From Antedon mediterranea (taxonomy: Eukaryota > Animalia > Echinodermata): DNA of 64,000 nucleotides. The position numbers and the translations under genes were made by a program. Where the stretch lies: NCBI RefSeq assembly GCF_964355755.1, contig NC_092674.1, positions 3,410,001-3,474,000 of the forward strand, given 5' to 3'. Within the stretch, counting starts at the first letter, position 1; every line of letters begins with the position of its first letter. Of this stretch, positions 36,001 through 50,514 are shown piece by piece. The notes below the pieces were generated by a model that was not told the DNA's origin, made no database searches, and worked only from the letters and a program-made list of their open reading frames with translations.

Positions 36001-39000
36001 AGCTTGTCATAGAAAACTGTAAAACATACAGGTACTTTATGTACATATTAAACACACGTTGATTACAAGTAGCAGTGTTAGGGTCAGAGGTCAAATGTTA
36101 AAAGCTCATCATAGAAGAGAAAACTATACAACATACTTCATGGTACATTGAGAACCTTTCCATGGTCTTCAAAAGGGGTCAAATGTCATGATAGGTATTA
36201 GTATGCTTACTTTAAGTCATCTGGTCGTGCGCGTGTCTTTATATTTGGTTGATGGCCTAAGTGATCATTTTGTGTCTCTTGCCCATACTTCTTTAACTCC
36301 TCCTCTTTAGTGTGAATCTCATCTAGACTTAATTCTTGTCTCTCAAACGGTGAATGATGGAACCCTAATGTAACGTCACCATAACAGAGGTTGCCTTCAA
36401 ACCCAGAATGACGGTATAGATTTCCATACACTGGATGTCGACTAAAATAATTAGTAATTTTTATTTAATGTTAAATTACTCATACTATTGTGCAATGTTT
36501 TCATAACTAATTGTGCCCTAAAAGGGTTCAAACCAAGTGTGACGAATTCAAAAGGCATACCTTTTAATTTATATATACGGTATATATAGATATATATATA
36601 TAAATCAAAGAGCTGCCTAGGCAGGATATAGAAAAAAATCAAGATCAAATAAGTTAAAACTGCCTCAATATAGATTTATTATATATATATATATATATAT
36701 AAATCCAAAGGCAAATTACTGAAAAAAATGACAATGCTGTGGGTATCAGTGGCTGGATCTCATATATATATATATATAACTATTTAAGCTCTGCTAATTT
36801 TTCTGGCGGGCTGTTTTACTTTATCGTTTTGATTTAGCTTTTCGCTTTTTTTTTTGTATCTCTATTGAGATCCAGCCACTGATACCCACAGCATTGTCTT
36901 TTTCAGTAATTTGCCTTTGGATTTATATATATATGATGATATGCCAGTATTCAAAACAAACTTCTGTTAATTCTTTTTAATTGACAAAATAAAAATACTA
37001 TGACTATTAATCTGTGTTCACACAGAGGCCTGATTCAACTATTTTGTGTTTTTTCAATCACACATATGTTTTGTAGGATTCTAGAATGTGATGTGATTTT
37101 TTTCTTTGATTTTTGTTATCTTGTCATATTCTCAGTGTAAATGATACTTGACTTGACTTGAACAGGTCCTTATTCAGGTTTTAATTATCTGTTACCATTT
37201 TCAGATCAGATTTATATCCCAATATGAATGGAGGATCTTAAATTTTATTTATAGATTTATTTATTTATTTCGTTTTCTTTCAGTAGGGTAGCCCTCTCAG
37301 TAATAGAATAAAAAACTGCTCTTCCGGGGGGCCCTACGACACAATTTGAAAGGAACTTAAACTAAATGTTGAGTTAAAATTTATAAAAGTAACCTTGCTC
37401 CTGCTTTTTTCTGCGGTGGAAACAACTTAAACATTTCTTGATGTTCTCCCGACAGTGTTGTTAAGCATTGCAAAGCGACGTCCATCAATGGAACGCTGCA
37501 ATAACCAATTGGAATGTCTCGTTCTCCTAACTGACCTTTGACACGGTTCCAGACACATATATTAAGAAATTTATCTGTGTCTTCTAATTCAAACTCAAAA
37601 AACTCATCCCAGCATATATCCTACAAAATATATTTTATGAAAATCAAAACGGTAAAGCCAGAAACTTTCGCGAATTGGTTACATCGGCCATTTTTTCGCA
37701 ACATAAAACTTTCGCAAATTTGAAAAATAAAGTAAATACTGTAACAATATCATAAGCTTTGTGTTATAAAGATGTTAAATACATACGTTATTGTATACAG
37801 TAGTAGGCCTACAGTACGTTCTGAAAATTATTCGCGCCATGGAACTTTCATGAATTTCAATCACTCACAAAATTAGCGAAAGTTTAACGCGTGCGAAAGT
37901 TTCTGGTTTTACAGTATAAATATGTAATTAAAGTTGGTGAATGAAAAATATTTAATTTTATGGAGGAAAATATTTAAGGTTGCAAAGTATTTTGATATGG
38001 ACCTTTTTTCAGTTTTTGTATTAGCATTATACTGCAGGTTGGTTATTGCTTACAAATCCCATGTCCACTGCCTTACAGCCCAAAACCTAGATAGCATATT
38101 AGCTAAGCGGCATAACATGTTATCTAGAAATAATTAGCCTAAAGAAGTTGATAACCGAAATGAATATAGACTGTGAAGAAAAAGTGACTATAATAACCCT
38201 CACCCTAGATGCTGGCAAGCAGGAAGAATGAAAATCCTCTTTTTTTTGTCGTGTCGTCTCACCCATATTCAGAATTTGTGCATCGATAGTTTCCTCTAAA
38301 AAGTCTGGCGGACAACTCGCTAGACTTATCGTGTCCAAGTCGGGATCGTTCGGCGACATTCCATTAAATTGCAAACTCTTACTGTGTTCACGTGATTGTG
38401 CTTTTGTGATCTTAACTCTCTCCGACTCTTTCAAAAACATTCCTAAGCTATGAGTGCTCTCGCTTTTTAGATCCAGTAAAGGTTCTAAACTCGAGTCCAT
38501 CGCTCCCCACGATGCACGCCGTTTGTGCTGTGGGCGTGAATCTGGATTGTTTTGCCGTCGGCGTAGTATAGGGGAGATGCTCTCTGAGAGGGTTGTAGTG
38601 GCTGCCGCCATTTGTTTTGGTATTCCATGTATTTGTTCATGTGGACTATACCCAAGAGTTGTTATTGTATCACTGATAAAATCATCGTAATCGTTTTCTT
38701 GACTTTGATCCACAAACTCTACTTTACCGTCAGGTGCGTCTACCGGTTGTGTAGGACGTTGAACTCTTAATTTGCACCTAAAACAACAAAATTATTCTTA
38801 GTAGGAATTCATACAGAAATGCGGGGTCTATATTTGGATGTGTATTGTATGTTGACTTACTTTCCTTTGGTCTCCTTGATTAACTTAACAGCATTTTTAG
38901 ATGATATAACATCTTTACCATTCACTGACAGTAGTATGTCACCCTAGAAAAAATACATTTTTTAATTAACACATTAGTAAAGGTTCTTTCACATTCACTC

Positions 39001-42000
39001 AGAACATGCCAATTATAAGTCTGAACATGTATTCTGTCAGTCTGAACATGTATTCTGTCAGTCTGAACATGTATTCTGTTAGTTTGAACATGTATCCTAT
39101 CTGTCTGAACACATTATCAGTCTGAACATGTATCCTATCAGTTTGAACACACACATTATCAGTCTGAACACTTATCCTATCAGTCTGAACACGTATCCTA
39201 TCAGTTGGAACACACACATTATCAGTCTAAACACGTATCCTATCAGTCTAAACACGTATCCCATCATTTTGAACACACACATTATAAGTCTGAACACGTA
39301 TCCTATCAGTCTGAACATGTATCCTATCAGTTTGAACACACATTATCAGTCTAAACACATCCTATCAGTTTGACCACACACATTATCAGTCTGAACACAT
39401 ATCCTATCAGTTTGAACATGTATCCTATCAGTTTGAACACACACATTATCAGCTTGAACACACACATTATCAGTCTGAACACGTACCCTTTTTAATTCTG
39501 TTACACTAGCAGGAGTGTTAGGTTGTATTGTTTCTATAAACACTTCTGATTCGTCTGCTGTGCTTGTATTAAATATAACTCCAATTGATTTCTGATTATT
39601 CTTTATAATTTCTACTTCATAGACTTCACCAGGATACCTTCGGAAAATGTCCTCCTGGTTCAGAGGTGCAAAATCTGTAGTTTGACAAAAAATAAAAATT
39701 CACTATAATGAACTAGTAGACCGGGGTAACCCCCTACTCGTCCAAAAAGATGTCCAGTCAACTCTCCCAACACCAGACACCTTTTGGCTGGCCTAATACC
39801 ATAAAAATTTAGTGTGGGCGCCTCAAAACCTTGCCGGACTACTACTGTACACTACTTCCATTGTCTCAACGCTCAGCCACTGACTGTCACTTCCGTGAGG
39901 TAAAATCACTTTCATAAACAATAATGTGTGATTTTCAGATAACAGGAAAACACTTGGAATTTATATACACACATTGAGTGCGAAAAACAAACACTTACCA
40001 GCAGCTATTGTACAATAAACTTCCGAATCTTCGTTTGTGATTGCCAGTCTACTGCCCTCTATCAAGACAACTGTCATCTTACCGACAGTCAGCCTTGACT
40101 CATGCAGGTACATATCGGCGTTAGCGTGAGGTGGAACCGCTTTTACAAAGAACGGTTTATACCGCATCTTATAATTTGGTAGTGTGTGCTTTTTCTTCAA
40201 GGTTTTTTTAAGCTGAAATAAAATATAATTCGTTAAAGATAATAATATTGTCCCCCTAAGAAAATAATTTGAATTAATTAATATAACATTTTAGTGCTAT
40301 TTATAGATTATTCTCTTTGACCAGATGACTATGTTATCTGCAAGTACTAAATGGATTTTTGGTTTAACAAATTATTTTGTCTTTTTTATATGCAAAAATA
40401 ATTTTTTTTTCTTCTTCAAATTTTATTTATTTCCTGTATTTCATTTCATAAAACAATCATTATTTATTGTTATGTATTGATTTATTTTTGGTTGTGCAAT
40501 AGGGACGGGTCTGGCCCTGACACACAATGACAAGCTGTAATATCTGAATCACAAACTGCTTAAGTAGTCTTTCACCTTTACACCTGTACATAAATCATTG
40601 CTTTAGAAAAAAAATCAGATAAAAATGCTTCATTAGTCATGCATGAATGATTTCATAATTCATCATGTTGGTTATACTGGTGGTGTTCTGTAGCATAGAG
40701 TAGTCTTGCATTTAAATGGTAGTTTATCATTTTGGTGTACTTTGCCTGCTGTGAAATATGTAATGATCTGACATCATTCATCATGACTATCTTCAATACA
40801 GAATTACATTAGATGACCTATATTATTCTAATATTTATACTGTACAGTTGGAAAGCTTTTAAAGTTAAATTAACTAAAAACTGATTCTCTAGAGGAATAA
40901 CGAGTTAATGGGTACTGTATTTTGAGTATTCCTATTATTGTAGTGGTACAATTTTCTGTGAATACATAAAGTCTATGGAATCTATGTTACAACAAGGTTG
41001 TTTGTCATACATTTGTCATACAGATTTTTTTCTTGAATGCGCATGCATCCACACACATGGGGTAACGAAATGACCAGGAAAATGTTTAAACTGCTGGACA
41101 TTTGATAACTGGCCAGAGTGGAGTTGGCCGGGGACAGCTTTGTAATGTACAGTATAATCATATAGATTATAAAGTCACTTTAATATCTCTATGGTATATT
41201 GTCAACTCTCCAAATACACCAATTGCTTTTCCAAAAACCTTTTTCTGGTTGTAACAGAGTTGACGGTTGTTTTATTATTATTATTTTTAGGTATTAAATA
41301 ATAACATAATAATAATAATGAAACATACTTGATTTACAATTAACGAGCCTAATTGCGGGAAAGTTCGTCCTTCAAAATGAGATTTCACTTCAAAGTCTAT
41401 TTCAGGTTCCTAAAAAGAAAAACAAACAAGTTTTAATAACAAAAATATTTAATAAAAAACTTAATTTAATTCTTCTACTGTGTAATAATGCAATGGTTAA
41501 GTTACTGTTCTTGAGGCAGTTTTCTTCTTAAGACACATGGCTGTCATCGACGGATACTTAGTATCAATTAACTTGATCACTGCTGGTGTACTAGAGATCT
41601 ACATTTATACCATGCCATACAATTTAATTTTAATTTCTGATTTATATAACATTGAGAATAAGAGCTACATTATTTATTTTTTTATTATTTTTTTATTATG
41701 GTAAAGAACAGTAAATATTACTACATTAGAACAATTTTTTGTTGTTGTAAACTTACATCAAAAAAAGAAAATGACCAGTGTGAATACGGTATCCTCGTGA
41801 ACTGTAACAGCGCCTTTCCCTTCAATTTTTTCAACGTTATAGAAATGTAAGCTGACGTTCCAAACGCTAGATCAACATCAACGGTAACTCGAAATCCTCC
41901 TCCATATTCAATTTCCACGGCAACGTCAATCTCCTACGATGAAAGGATTTCAGGATTTAAATTATGTTTAAATTTATAACGATTTAAAGGCTTTGATTTA

Positions 42001-45000
42001 AAGCTGATATCTAGTGTAAATATAGAAGTAGTTTTTGATTGATTTTTAATCAATTTCATAGATTATGTTGTAAGATGCAAAACATGTAAACACATGTAAA
42101 AAAAAAAATTCAGATACAGTAGTAGAATACTAGTGATTTAAATATAATAGTTATGGAGAGAGGAGTACAATGAATTTTCTACTTTTCGAGTATCACGCTC
42201 TTTGAGGAGAATAGGGCATTTACCGGTTATCCAGGTAAGCTAGGCACGAAATATACTACAAATTTATATTCAATAAGGCAAACATCCGCAAACTTAAATA
42301 AGAAAATATGAAACATATAACAATAATAAATAAGTGACAGTAGACATGAAACAAATAGTGCCCAGAATTTTTTTTTTTTAACTTTCCTATATTAAATGTA
42401 TTCTGAAACTTAGGGCATTTTGGGTCAGCTCAACGGTGTCTGGTTTTCAGTTGAGAGTTGATATTACAAAACAGAAGGGACAATTACCTCAGGTACAGTG
42501 CACGGTTCCCTAGGAGTCGCTTTACATAATTTGACTTTTTTTATCGTTGGAAATGTCGGACCGAGGCAGTAATCTCTAACCTGTGAAAAGAAACAACAAA
42601 ATTAAAGTTTGTTTATGTATGTAAAAAGTATCTCTTTGGAGATCCCGCCTTGTTAATTAATATCAAGATAATGAGGGAATCATTAATTAACCTCTGTTGT
42701 GTGTCCATACACTCAAGAACTAATGTTATTCCAATATCAGGTCGAGAGTGAGATCGCTTTCCAATCAAATTTGTACAATACCATGCCATTGTGGGATGCA
42801 GGGCCGTAGTCTCGTCTGAAATTTTACATTTTCACTACCCACCCTAATTCCCAAGCACAGATCGTCATATTTTATTTTAATAATAATATTTAAAGCGTCT
42901 TTGCCTCGTCTGTTTTTCACTTCTCGCTGTGATGTCTGCACATTCAGTTGTAATCTTGATTCGTGGGACTTTTTCTGATTCTTACAGATTTCCTCATTTC
43001 TTAGTGTATACAGTACAGTATAATCAATTATTTTCCAGTATATCACTGTGCGGTTCAGACTTCCTCTGTGCCTGTACTATTACTTCATCAGTAACCTTTT
43101 ATTTTAGCCTATATATTTTGACTAGGCAACTGATACTGACAACAACGCTATCATTAAATTAACTTCCCACATAAAGAAATGATGGTAGAACAAATTGTTA
43201 TGAGCCATTGCTTATTAAAATTTTATTTCAACTCATAAACAAATACAACATGCAATGAAATAACTGTCATGTCATTATGTAATTAAATAAATTAAATTCT
43301 GTATGAAGTGAGGGAAATAAAATATCCATTTTATTTTTTATTTTATTTCATTCACATCAAACAACGGGAAGCCTCATTATTTTACATTTTTAAATTCTTT
43401 TAATAATAATAATACGAATTTGTAATGCGCCAATTCCAGCAGTGAGTGATGAAAGGCGCGGTGTATGGGAAGAGCTCAATTTGAAAGAAAAAGATGAGTT
43501 TTCAAGGCTGATTTAAAGGCGATAGTAAAAAAACATGATCTTTCATGTTTTTTTGTTTGCAAAATCAATGATGAAAATAGTCTAATTGTGGGATGATTGT
43601 GGGAGACGTGAGGTTTACCTTAATCTGTTCTAGTAAACGTCCGGCTGTTTTACTTTGCAGTAGTTCATCAAATTCTACGTTCATCTTCTTAATGACCCAT
43701 GTTCGCACTGCTTTTGTATCTTTCATTTCACGGAATAGGAACGCAATAAGCATGTTGAGGGCGTTGCATGACTCTATTTTATTAAGCAAAGATGGATCGG
43801 ATAATGTCTGAAGATATAAAATCAAAATATAAGATAATTAGTTAGCAGTATTTATGATAATTGAGTAAACCTGTGATATTTAACTTACAAGATTTAATAA
43901 ACTGTTATATAATCCAGCATTATAGATTGGGGGAGGGGGGGGGGGAGAGAAGGCTAAATATTTCATTAACATTTTTTCGTGTTTTACTTTTAAATATCTC
44001 TCTCACTCTCAGGACTATACATTTCTCCTCAACATTATGACCGTTTTCATGATTTTTTCAAACTAGATTAATCAGTAATATTAATAAGTAACCAATACAA
44101 CATTCTGGAAAAGCATTGAATGTTAATGATTATGATGTGACTATGTGACTAAATTAATTGAGGGCAAATATCACATCATTAAATTATAGATTTTCATTGA
44201 TTTTCTAAGATGGCAAGATTTCAACTAACGAAGCATGTCATTGCATCTAAAGAGATTCACGCATAGTTTTAAGGAGTGGGGGCAATATATCAAAACTATG
44301 TTTTACTTTTTAACCCAGTCTTCAGAAGATATCCCCTCAACATTATGACAGTTTTTTTAAAGCAAAAAAATAGTCAAATTGGCTGCCAGCCAATGGGTTT
44401 TTGTTTGAATTTAACCATTTATTTTTTCCGTTTTTTACGGAAGTGATTAACTTTATTAAAACTCCAAAATAGTATATTCAAAGTCTGATTTTATTCATCT
44501 TTATTTTTCATGTTTTTTGGGGACAATACATCTTTAAGTAACCAATACATTAAAAGCATTGAACACTAATGCAAGCAGAATGTGAAATGTGAGTAAATTA
44601 ATTGAGGGCAAATAACACGTCATTAAATTATAGATTTCCATTGATTTTCTAAGACTGCAAGATTTAAATTAACAAAGCATGTTATTGCATCTAAAGAGAT
44701 TCACGCATAATTCACTAAAGTCTCAACACAGAAGAATATAATACAAAATGATACTTATTTTTAATAAAACACTGAGACCGATTGTTAAACAAATTTCTGT
44801 ATATGACTGAGTATAATTCTAATACGCCTATTTAAAAAAAATTTTTTGATACTCTATATTTATTCATAATTTAAATTAAATCCAAGATTTAAATTCACTG
44901 CTAATGCAATCCAAGTATCATCTAACCCCTTTATTTTCGCCCACATTTTAACCAGGAACGGTATTTTGACATTATTATTTCTAAACTGAATATTCATATT

Positions 45001-48000
45001 AAAAGTGGATGGCACGGGTGGAGTCCAGGAAGGAAGGACAAAAAAACAGTGGAGCGTTAACAATAACATTATATTATATTATTTAGTCTGTTGATATAAA
45101 GTTTGCGGTACACCACGTATATTAAAAGAACTGTTAAGTTTCTCGACGTTTCGATCAATATTTTGATCGTTCTCAGGAGTGAGGAAACGTCGAGAAACTA
45201 AACAGTTCTTTTCAGAACTAATACATGTGGTATCAACACTTGATTTTGCCATGCAAACCTTCAAACAATACATTATTTAGTCTGTCAAATATTACTGTAC
45301 AGTATATCAAATATTTCACAATTTAATGTTTCAGATATCCTGTAGATGTTGCCCGTCTTGACTTTATGACTAATTAAAAAACATTTTTAGAATATCTCAT
45401 TAAAAAGCATTTTTATTAAAACATTTTTCTTGGATTATCCCCCCCAAAATTTTTTTTTAGTAGAATTTGTAGTTACTACTATGTTATTGTTAGCAATTAA
45501 ATACATACTGTCTTATTTTACATATTGGCATGGTAGCCCAGTGTGTATGCTCACATAAAATACTACAGAGTGAGCCATTAAAATGTTCCTCTATATTAAA
45601 TCCTATTCATAAATTTTCAATACTGTTTCTTATTAATGATAAAAATGTGACATAATTACGTCACATTCCTTTTATCTTCGAAATCCTTCAAGGACATCCT
45701 GCGGCCAATCAATAATCAATTTGCGACATAAGATATTAAAATTAAAGGTAGTCTGCCACGATTCATGCTTTTACACAAAGTCTCCCCAATGTAATAATAC
45801 CGTAAGATCAAGACACAACTTTGCGCTGATTACTAGCTGCATTATGGAAGTATGTGTACGTGTTTGATAAAAAAAAAATGACTGGGGTAATAATGTTCAG
45901 TACTTAGAGGTTTCATTACATTAGGCGCTATATAAAACCAGGATATTATTAATTTCTAATCTATGACAAAATGTCAGTATATCTACCACTGTAAGTAACA
46001 AATAGTAGTCACTCTAATTTTGAATCAGCAAGGAGGCACTTTCCTGTGACGAGTGACATATATTTTAACATTAAAGGCTGGTAGTCAATAATGGTCTAAT
46101 GGCTAAAAAAGTTATGACGAGACTTGTTTGTCACAGTGGTGTCAGTATATAATTTATTCACCATTATATAATGAGCACCTGGCTGGCTGCTACCATTAAA
46201 TGCTGATAATAATAAACTACACTTGCATTCGTATACGTGACTATATATATCTTTTTTTTTATGACAGTTACCAAATGCTGTCAAGGATGTTTAATAATAT
46301 GAATTTGTATTTTAATCGTAATCATATTAAATCCGTAAAATAAGATTATTACATACTGCATACAGACAAGATACACTTGTATGCCATATCACAGTATACA
46401 TTATACAGTATATGTATTACCATCAGGAATAAAGAGTATAACGTTTTATATACTGTATTTAAACATAATCAGTGCATTTATTTGTATCTATGAAATATGT
46501 ATTATAAAGTATGTGTGTGTTTGAGAGAATCACTAATTTGTTTTATCAATTATTAATTACATACAGCAATATTAGCACTAATAATTTCAGTCTGAAAAGT
46601 GGATGCATGCTGCCTCCTGATTGGTTGCCCCTGCCTTACACTTAATTAACACTGTACAAATTAATACTATATTATTAAGAAACTCTGTTATTAACATTAC
46701 GCAATACTCTTTGGAGAGAATAATCATACTGTACACGCCTAGTGCGTACACCTAATGCGTAGAGTACAAATAGTACGTACACCTAGTGCATACACCTAAT
46801 GCGTACAGTACAAATAGTGTGTACACCTAGTGCATACACCTAATGCGTACAGCACAAATAGTGTGTACACCTAGTGCATATACACCTAATGCGTACAGCA
46901 CAAATAGTGCGTACACCTAGTGCATATACCTAATGCGTACAGTAAAAATAGTGCGTACACCTAGTGCATACACCTAATGCGTACAGTAAAAATAGTGCAT
47001 ACTGTACACCTAATGCGTACAGCACAAATAGTGCGTACACCTAGTGCATATACACCTAATGCGTACAGCACAAATAGTGCGTACACCTAGTGCATACACC
47101 TAATGCGTACAGTAAAAATAGTGCGTACACCTAGTGCATACACCTAATGCGTACAATAAAAATAGTGCGTACACCTAGTGCATACACCTAATGCGTACAG
47201 TAAAAATAGTGCGTACACCTAGTGCATACACCTAATGCGTACAGTAAAAATAGTGCATACTGTACACCTAATGCGTACAGCACAAATAGTGCATACACCT
47301 AGTGCATACACCTAATGCGTACAGTAAAAATAGTGCGTACACCTAGTGCATATACACCTAATGCGTACAGCACAAATAGTGCGTACACCTAGTGCATATA
47401 CACCTAATGCGTACAGCACAAATAGTGCGTACACCTAGTGCATACACCTAATGCGTACAATAAAAATAGTGCGTACACCTAGTGCATACACCTAATGCGT
47501 ACAGTAAAAATAGTGCGTACACCTAGTGCATACACCTAATGCGTACAGTAAAAATAGTGCGTACACCTAGTGCATACACCTAATGCGTACAGTAAAAATA
47601 GTGCATACTGTACACCTAATGCGTACAGCACAAATAGTGCGTACACCTAGTGCATATACACCTAATGCGTACAGCACAAATAGTGCGTACACCTAGTGCA
47701 TATACACCTAATGCGTACAGTAAAAATGGTGCGTACACCTAGTGCATACACCTAATGCATACAGTAAAAATAGTGCATACTGTACACCTAATGCGTACAG
47801 CACAAATAGTGCGTACACCTAGTGCATATACACCTAATGCGTACAGTAAAACTAGTGCGTACACCTAGTGCATACACCTAATGCGTACAGCACAAATAGT
47901 GCATACACCTAGTGCATACACCTAATGCGTACAGTAAAAATAGTGCGTACACCTAGTGCGTACAGTAAAAATAGTGCTTACACCTAGTGCATACTGTACA

Positions 48001-48650
48001 CCTAATGCGTACAGTACAAATAGTGCGTACACCTAGTGCATACACCTAATGCGTACAGTAAAAATAGTGCGTACACCTAGTGCATACACCTAATGCGTAC
48101 AGTAAAAATAGTGCATACTGTACACCTAATGCGTACAGCACAATTAGTGCGTACACCACAATTAGTGCGTACACCTAGTGTATATACACCTAATACGTAC
48201 AGTACACTTAGTGCGTACAGTACACCTAGTGGAGTGCATACAGTACACCTAGTGCGTACAGTATAACACATGTTTCATGAATGAATGTATGAACAATCAG
48301 TATCCTAATTTTAAATATGATGGTAGATTAAATGCTATAAAGATATTTGTGTGATAAGAGAGTACAGTATTATTATTAACATAAATTACGAATACATAAT
48401 GTTAATGTTTTTAGCTGGTTTTTTTTTTCTCACTATTTCAAAATAGAATAACTAATTGTTATCAATTCTAGCAAATACGAATTTATAATTAATTCATAAT
48501 TACCTCATCCATTTGAGCACGCTCAAAGAGTCCATTTCGTGGAGTCGGAACCTCTGGTTGATTATAGTGATAGATGTAGAAGATACAAGCTTGAAGCACC
48601 AACGTAATGATAGCTCCCAGGAAGACGGACAGTACAATTATTAACAACAT
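33059..48650 (-). CDS. PDZD8: PDZ domain-containing protein 8 (TM-SMP-C2/PDZ-C1-coiled coil), 980 aa, 16 coding exons
   Basis: Exons 48650-48504, 43807-43619, 42580-42488, 41933-41757, 41409-41329, 40212-39999, 39674-39487, 38943-38861, 38777-38204, 37620-37394, 36441-36211, 35841-35763, 35450-35356, 34972-34684, 33965-33903, 33271-33059 (2943 nt, phases consistent). N-terminal [19 protein letters not shown]; [17 protein letters not shown]; C1 domain; HYCAGMQHC. Confidence 0.93.
33301..33660. mobile_element. MITE with ~75-bp TIRs (superfamily unassigned)
   Basis: TATAGAGTATCACGGTG...CACCGTGATACTCTATA plus inner TGCATGGTTGCTA/TAGCAACCATGCA. Confidence 0.75.
34097..34442. repeat. 22-bp minisatellite (ATTGTGCTATGATGTCATAGGT)n
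   Basis: About 15 imperfect units in a PDZD8 intron. Confidence 0.92.
36680..36933. mobile_element. Inverted pair of Penelope-like terminal fragments in (AT)n
   Basis: AAATCCAAAGGC...GGCTGGATCTC and its reverse complement, separated and flanked by (AT)n; same family as 12685-12880. Confidence 0.6.
37650..37917. mobile_element. Tc1/mariner-like MITE
   Basis: CGGTAAAGCCAGAAACTTTCGC...GCGAAAGTTTCTGGTTTTACAG|TA. Confidence 0.65.
39000..39484. repeat. 21-bp minisatellite filling most of a PDZD8 intron
   Basis: Units such as CAGTCTGAACATGTATCCTAT and CAGTTTGAACACACACATTAT. Confidence 0.92.
44020..44710. repeat. Local ~250-bp tandem duplication; second copy interrupted by a Kolobok-like MITE half
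   Basis: CCTCAACATTATGAC...AAATTAATTGAGGGCAAATA...CTAAAGAGATTCACGCATA occurs twice. Confidence 0.7.
45078..45285 (-). mobile_element. Short Penelope-like insertion with inverted end and hammerhead-like motif
   Basis: 14-bp direct repeat ATTATTTAGTCTGT (45078-45091, 45272-45285); internal inverted repeat; minus strand CTC-CTGAGAA-C-GATCAA-AATA-TTGATC-GAAA-CG-TC-GAG. Confidence 0.6.
46730..48262. repeat. ~1.5-kb satellite, 44-bp unit built from 14-16-bp subunits
   Basis: CCTAGTGCATACACCTAATGCGTACAGTAAAAATAGTGCGTACA with variant units. Confidence 0.95.
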
Positions 48651-50514
48651 CTTGATCGCCACATCAGACTTTACAAAAAATCAATTTTCAAGTCAATTTA
48701 ATTTCTTTTTTTTACATTCATTTATTATTATAGATATAAACGTTTTTAATTTTTTAACTATGTTTTTTTTTCTAGCCAAAAAAAGAATTGTATTTAAGGC
48801 TGTGAAAATTGTAACAAATATTTGTAATTAATAGGCATCAAAAAGTACCTGTAGAACAATATAGATTAATTCAACACTCTATTTAACCATTTTTAGACCC
48901 TGTCTCATCTTAACCTACCCACCCCCGCCTCCCACCTCCTATAATTTGAAATTTGTTTCACTCAATCAAAAGTAGGCTGATACTTTTTGAAATTTTTCCA
49001 ATTTTTAGTTAAAAATAATTAATATCCATCACTTTTCATATAGAATATTATGTTTTTGCGCCAACTTGGCCTTTGATCAGAGCAAGAGGGATTACAAACA
49101 CAATATTGAAAAATGTATTTGCTCATTAGAATGCAAATGTATTGTGGGAGTCCAGGAGATAGTTATATAACTGTGTCAGTCACAAAAAGCTACTAATATT
49201 GTTAATTTTGTCCACCAACATGACATGATGTTAATTGACTGCTGTCTAGTGATGGGTTTCAGTGTCATTAGCTAAATCCTGTCATACTAGATAAATAGTT
49301 GGTTTAAATTCCTTAACAAATGTTTTCACTTGTAAAATGACAAAATAAATGGTTAAATTCAACCAAAAATTCATTCGGCTGGCAGCCAATTTCTTTTTTT
49401 TTTACAGGAAAATTATTTTTCTTATCCAATTTTGTTTATAAAAGTGAATACTACAGTATTCTGTGACATTAAAATTGCATGTTCAACAAAAACAATTTAA
49501 ACAATTTTTTTTTCGGGGGGGGGGGGGGCAATATATCTTTAAAACCCATTTATGACTGGATATTTTACTTTACTATACATTTTTATCTAGACTTTTTTTA
49601 ATTTACAATTATTTGATTTGCATGGTTTATTTACTAAATATTGTGCCAATTTATTATATTATAAAATATATAGAAAGATTTTATAAATTGTATTTAACAA
49701 AATAACAAATATATAAGTTAATAATGTCAAATTTGTAATTTTAATTTAATATTTATTTTTAAACATTTTCATTCAGTCTCAGTTTTCAATATTTAATTAT
49801 TTATTATTTTAGTTTTATTGTTAATAAATTGTTAATACTGACTTGCAAAGGATTTTTTCAGTTTACTTAGCTCTAATTGGCTGATTGTATTTTGCACATT
49901 TGCATAGTTAGCATGTGTAAGTTGAAATTCTTTTGTGATTTGGCTTGGTCTCTGAGAAAGCAACACCACAAGCACAATGTGTACTGTACAGCACAGTAAT
50001 CTCAAACTTGGTATGTTTATAAGATGACTAACTATGATAAATATTTGTAATTTAATAATAAATGTTAATGATTAACCAACTTTTCCATCTCTGTAAAAAA
50101 AAATGATAAAAAAAACTAAAAACACAGATAGTATATAATTTAATTGGGATCCATTTAATTAATAAATACAAACAACAACAAAACAAATATTGTTGAAGTT
50201 TTTTCTTAGTTAGCTCCTCAAATAATTTTCACCTGGTCATTCTGTATATTTCATTTGAGCTGTGTCCACACAAAACAGAACAACGAATATCGCGTATATC
50301 GACTAAACACACAGGTACATCGCGGATTAGCCAGAAGAGGCGAGGCTTGATCACCCAAGGCTAGGCCTAGCTAGGGAAAGGTCTATAAAACTAGCCTAGG
50401 CCTAGGCCTAACTATTAAACTAGCCTAGCCTGCACATGACGTACAGGTAGTTGCATCAATATTGGTTTCCATTTACGTCATCACTAATACAACTAGAAGT
50501 ACAACATAACTTAC

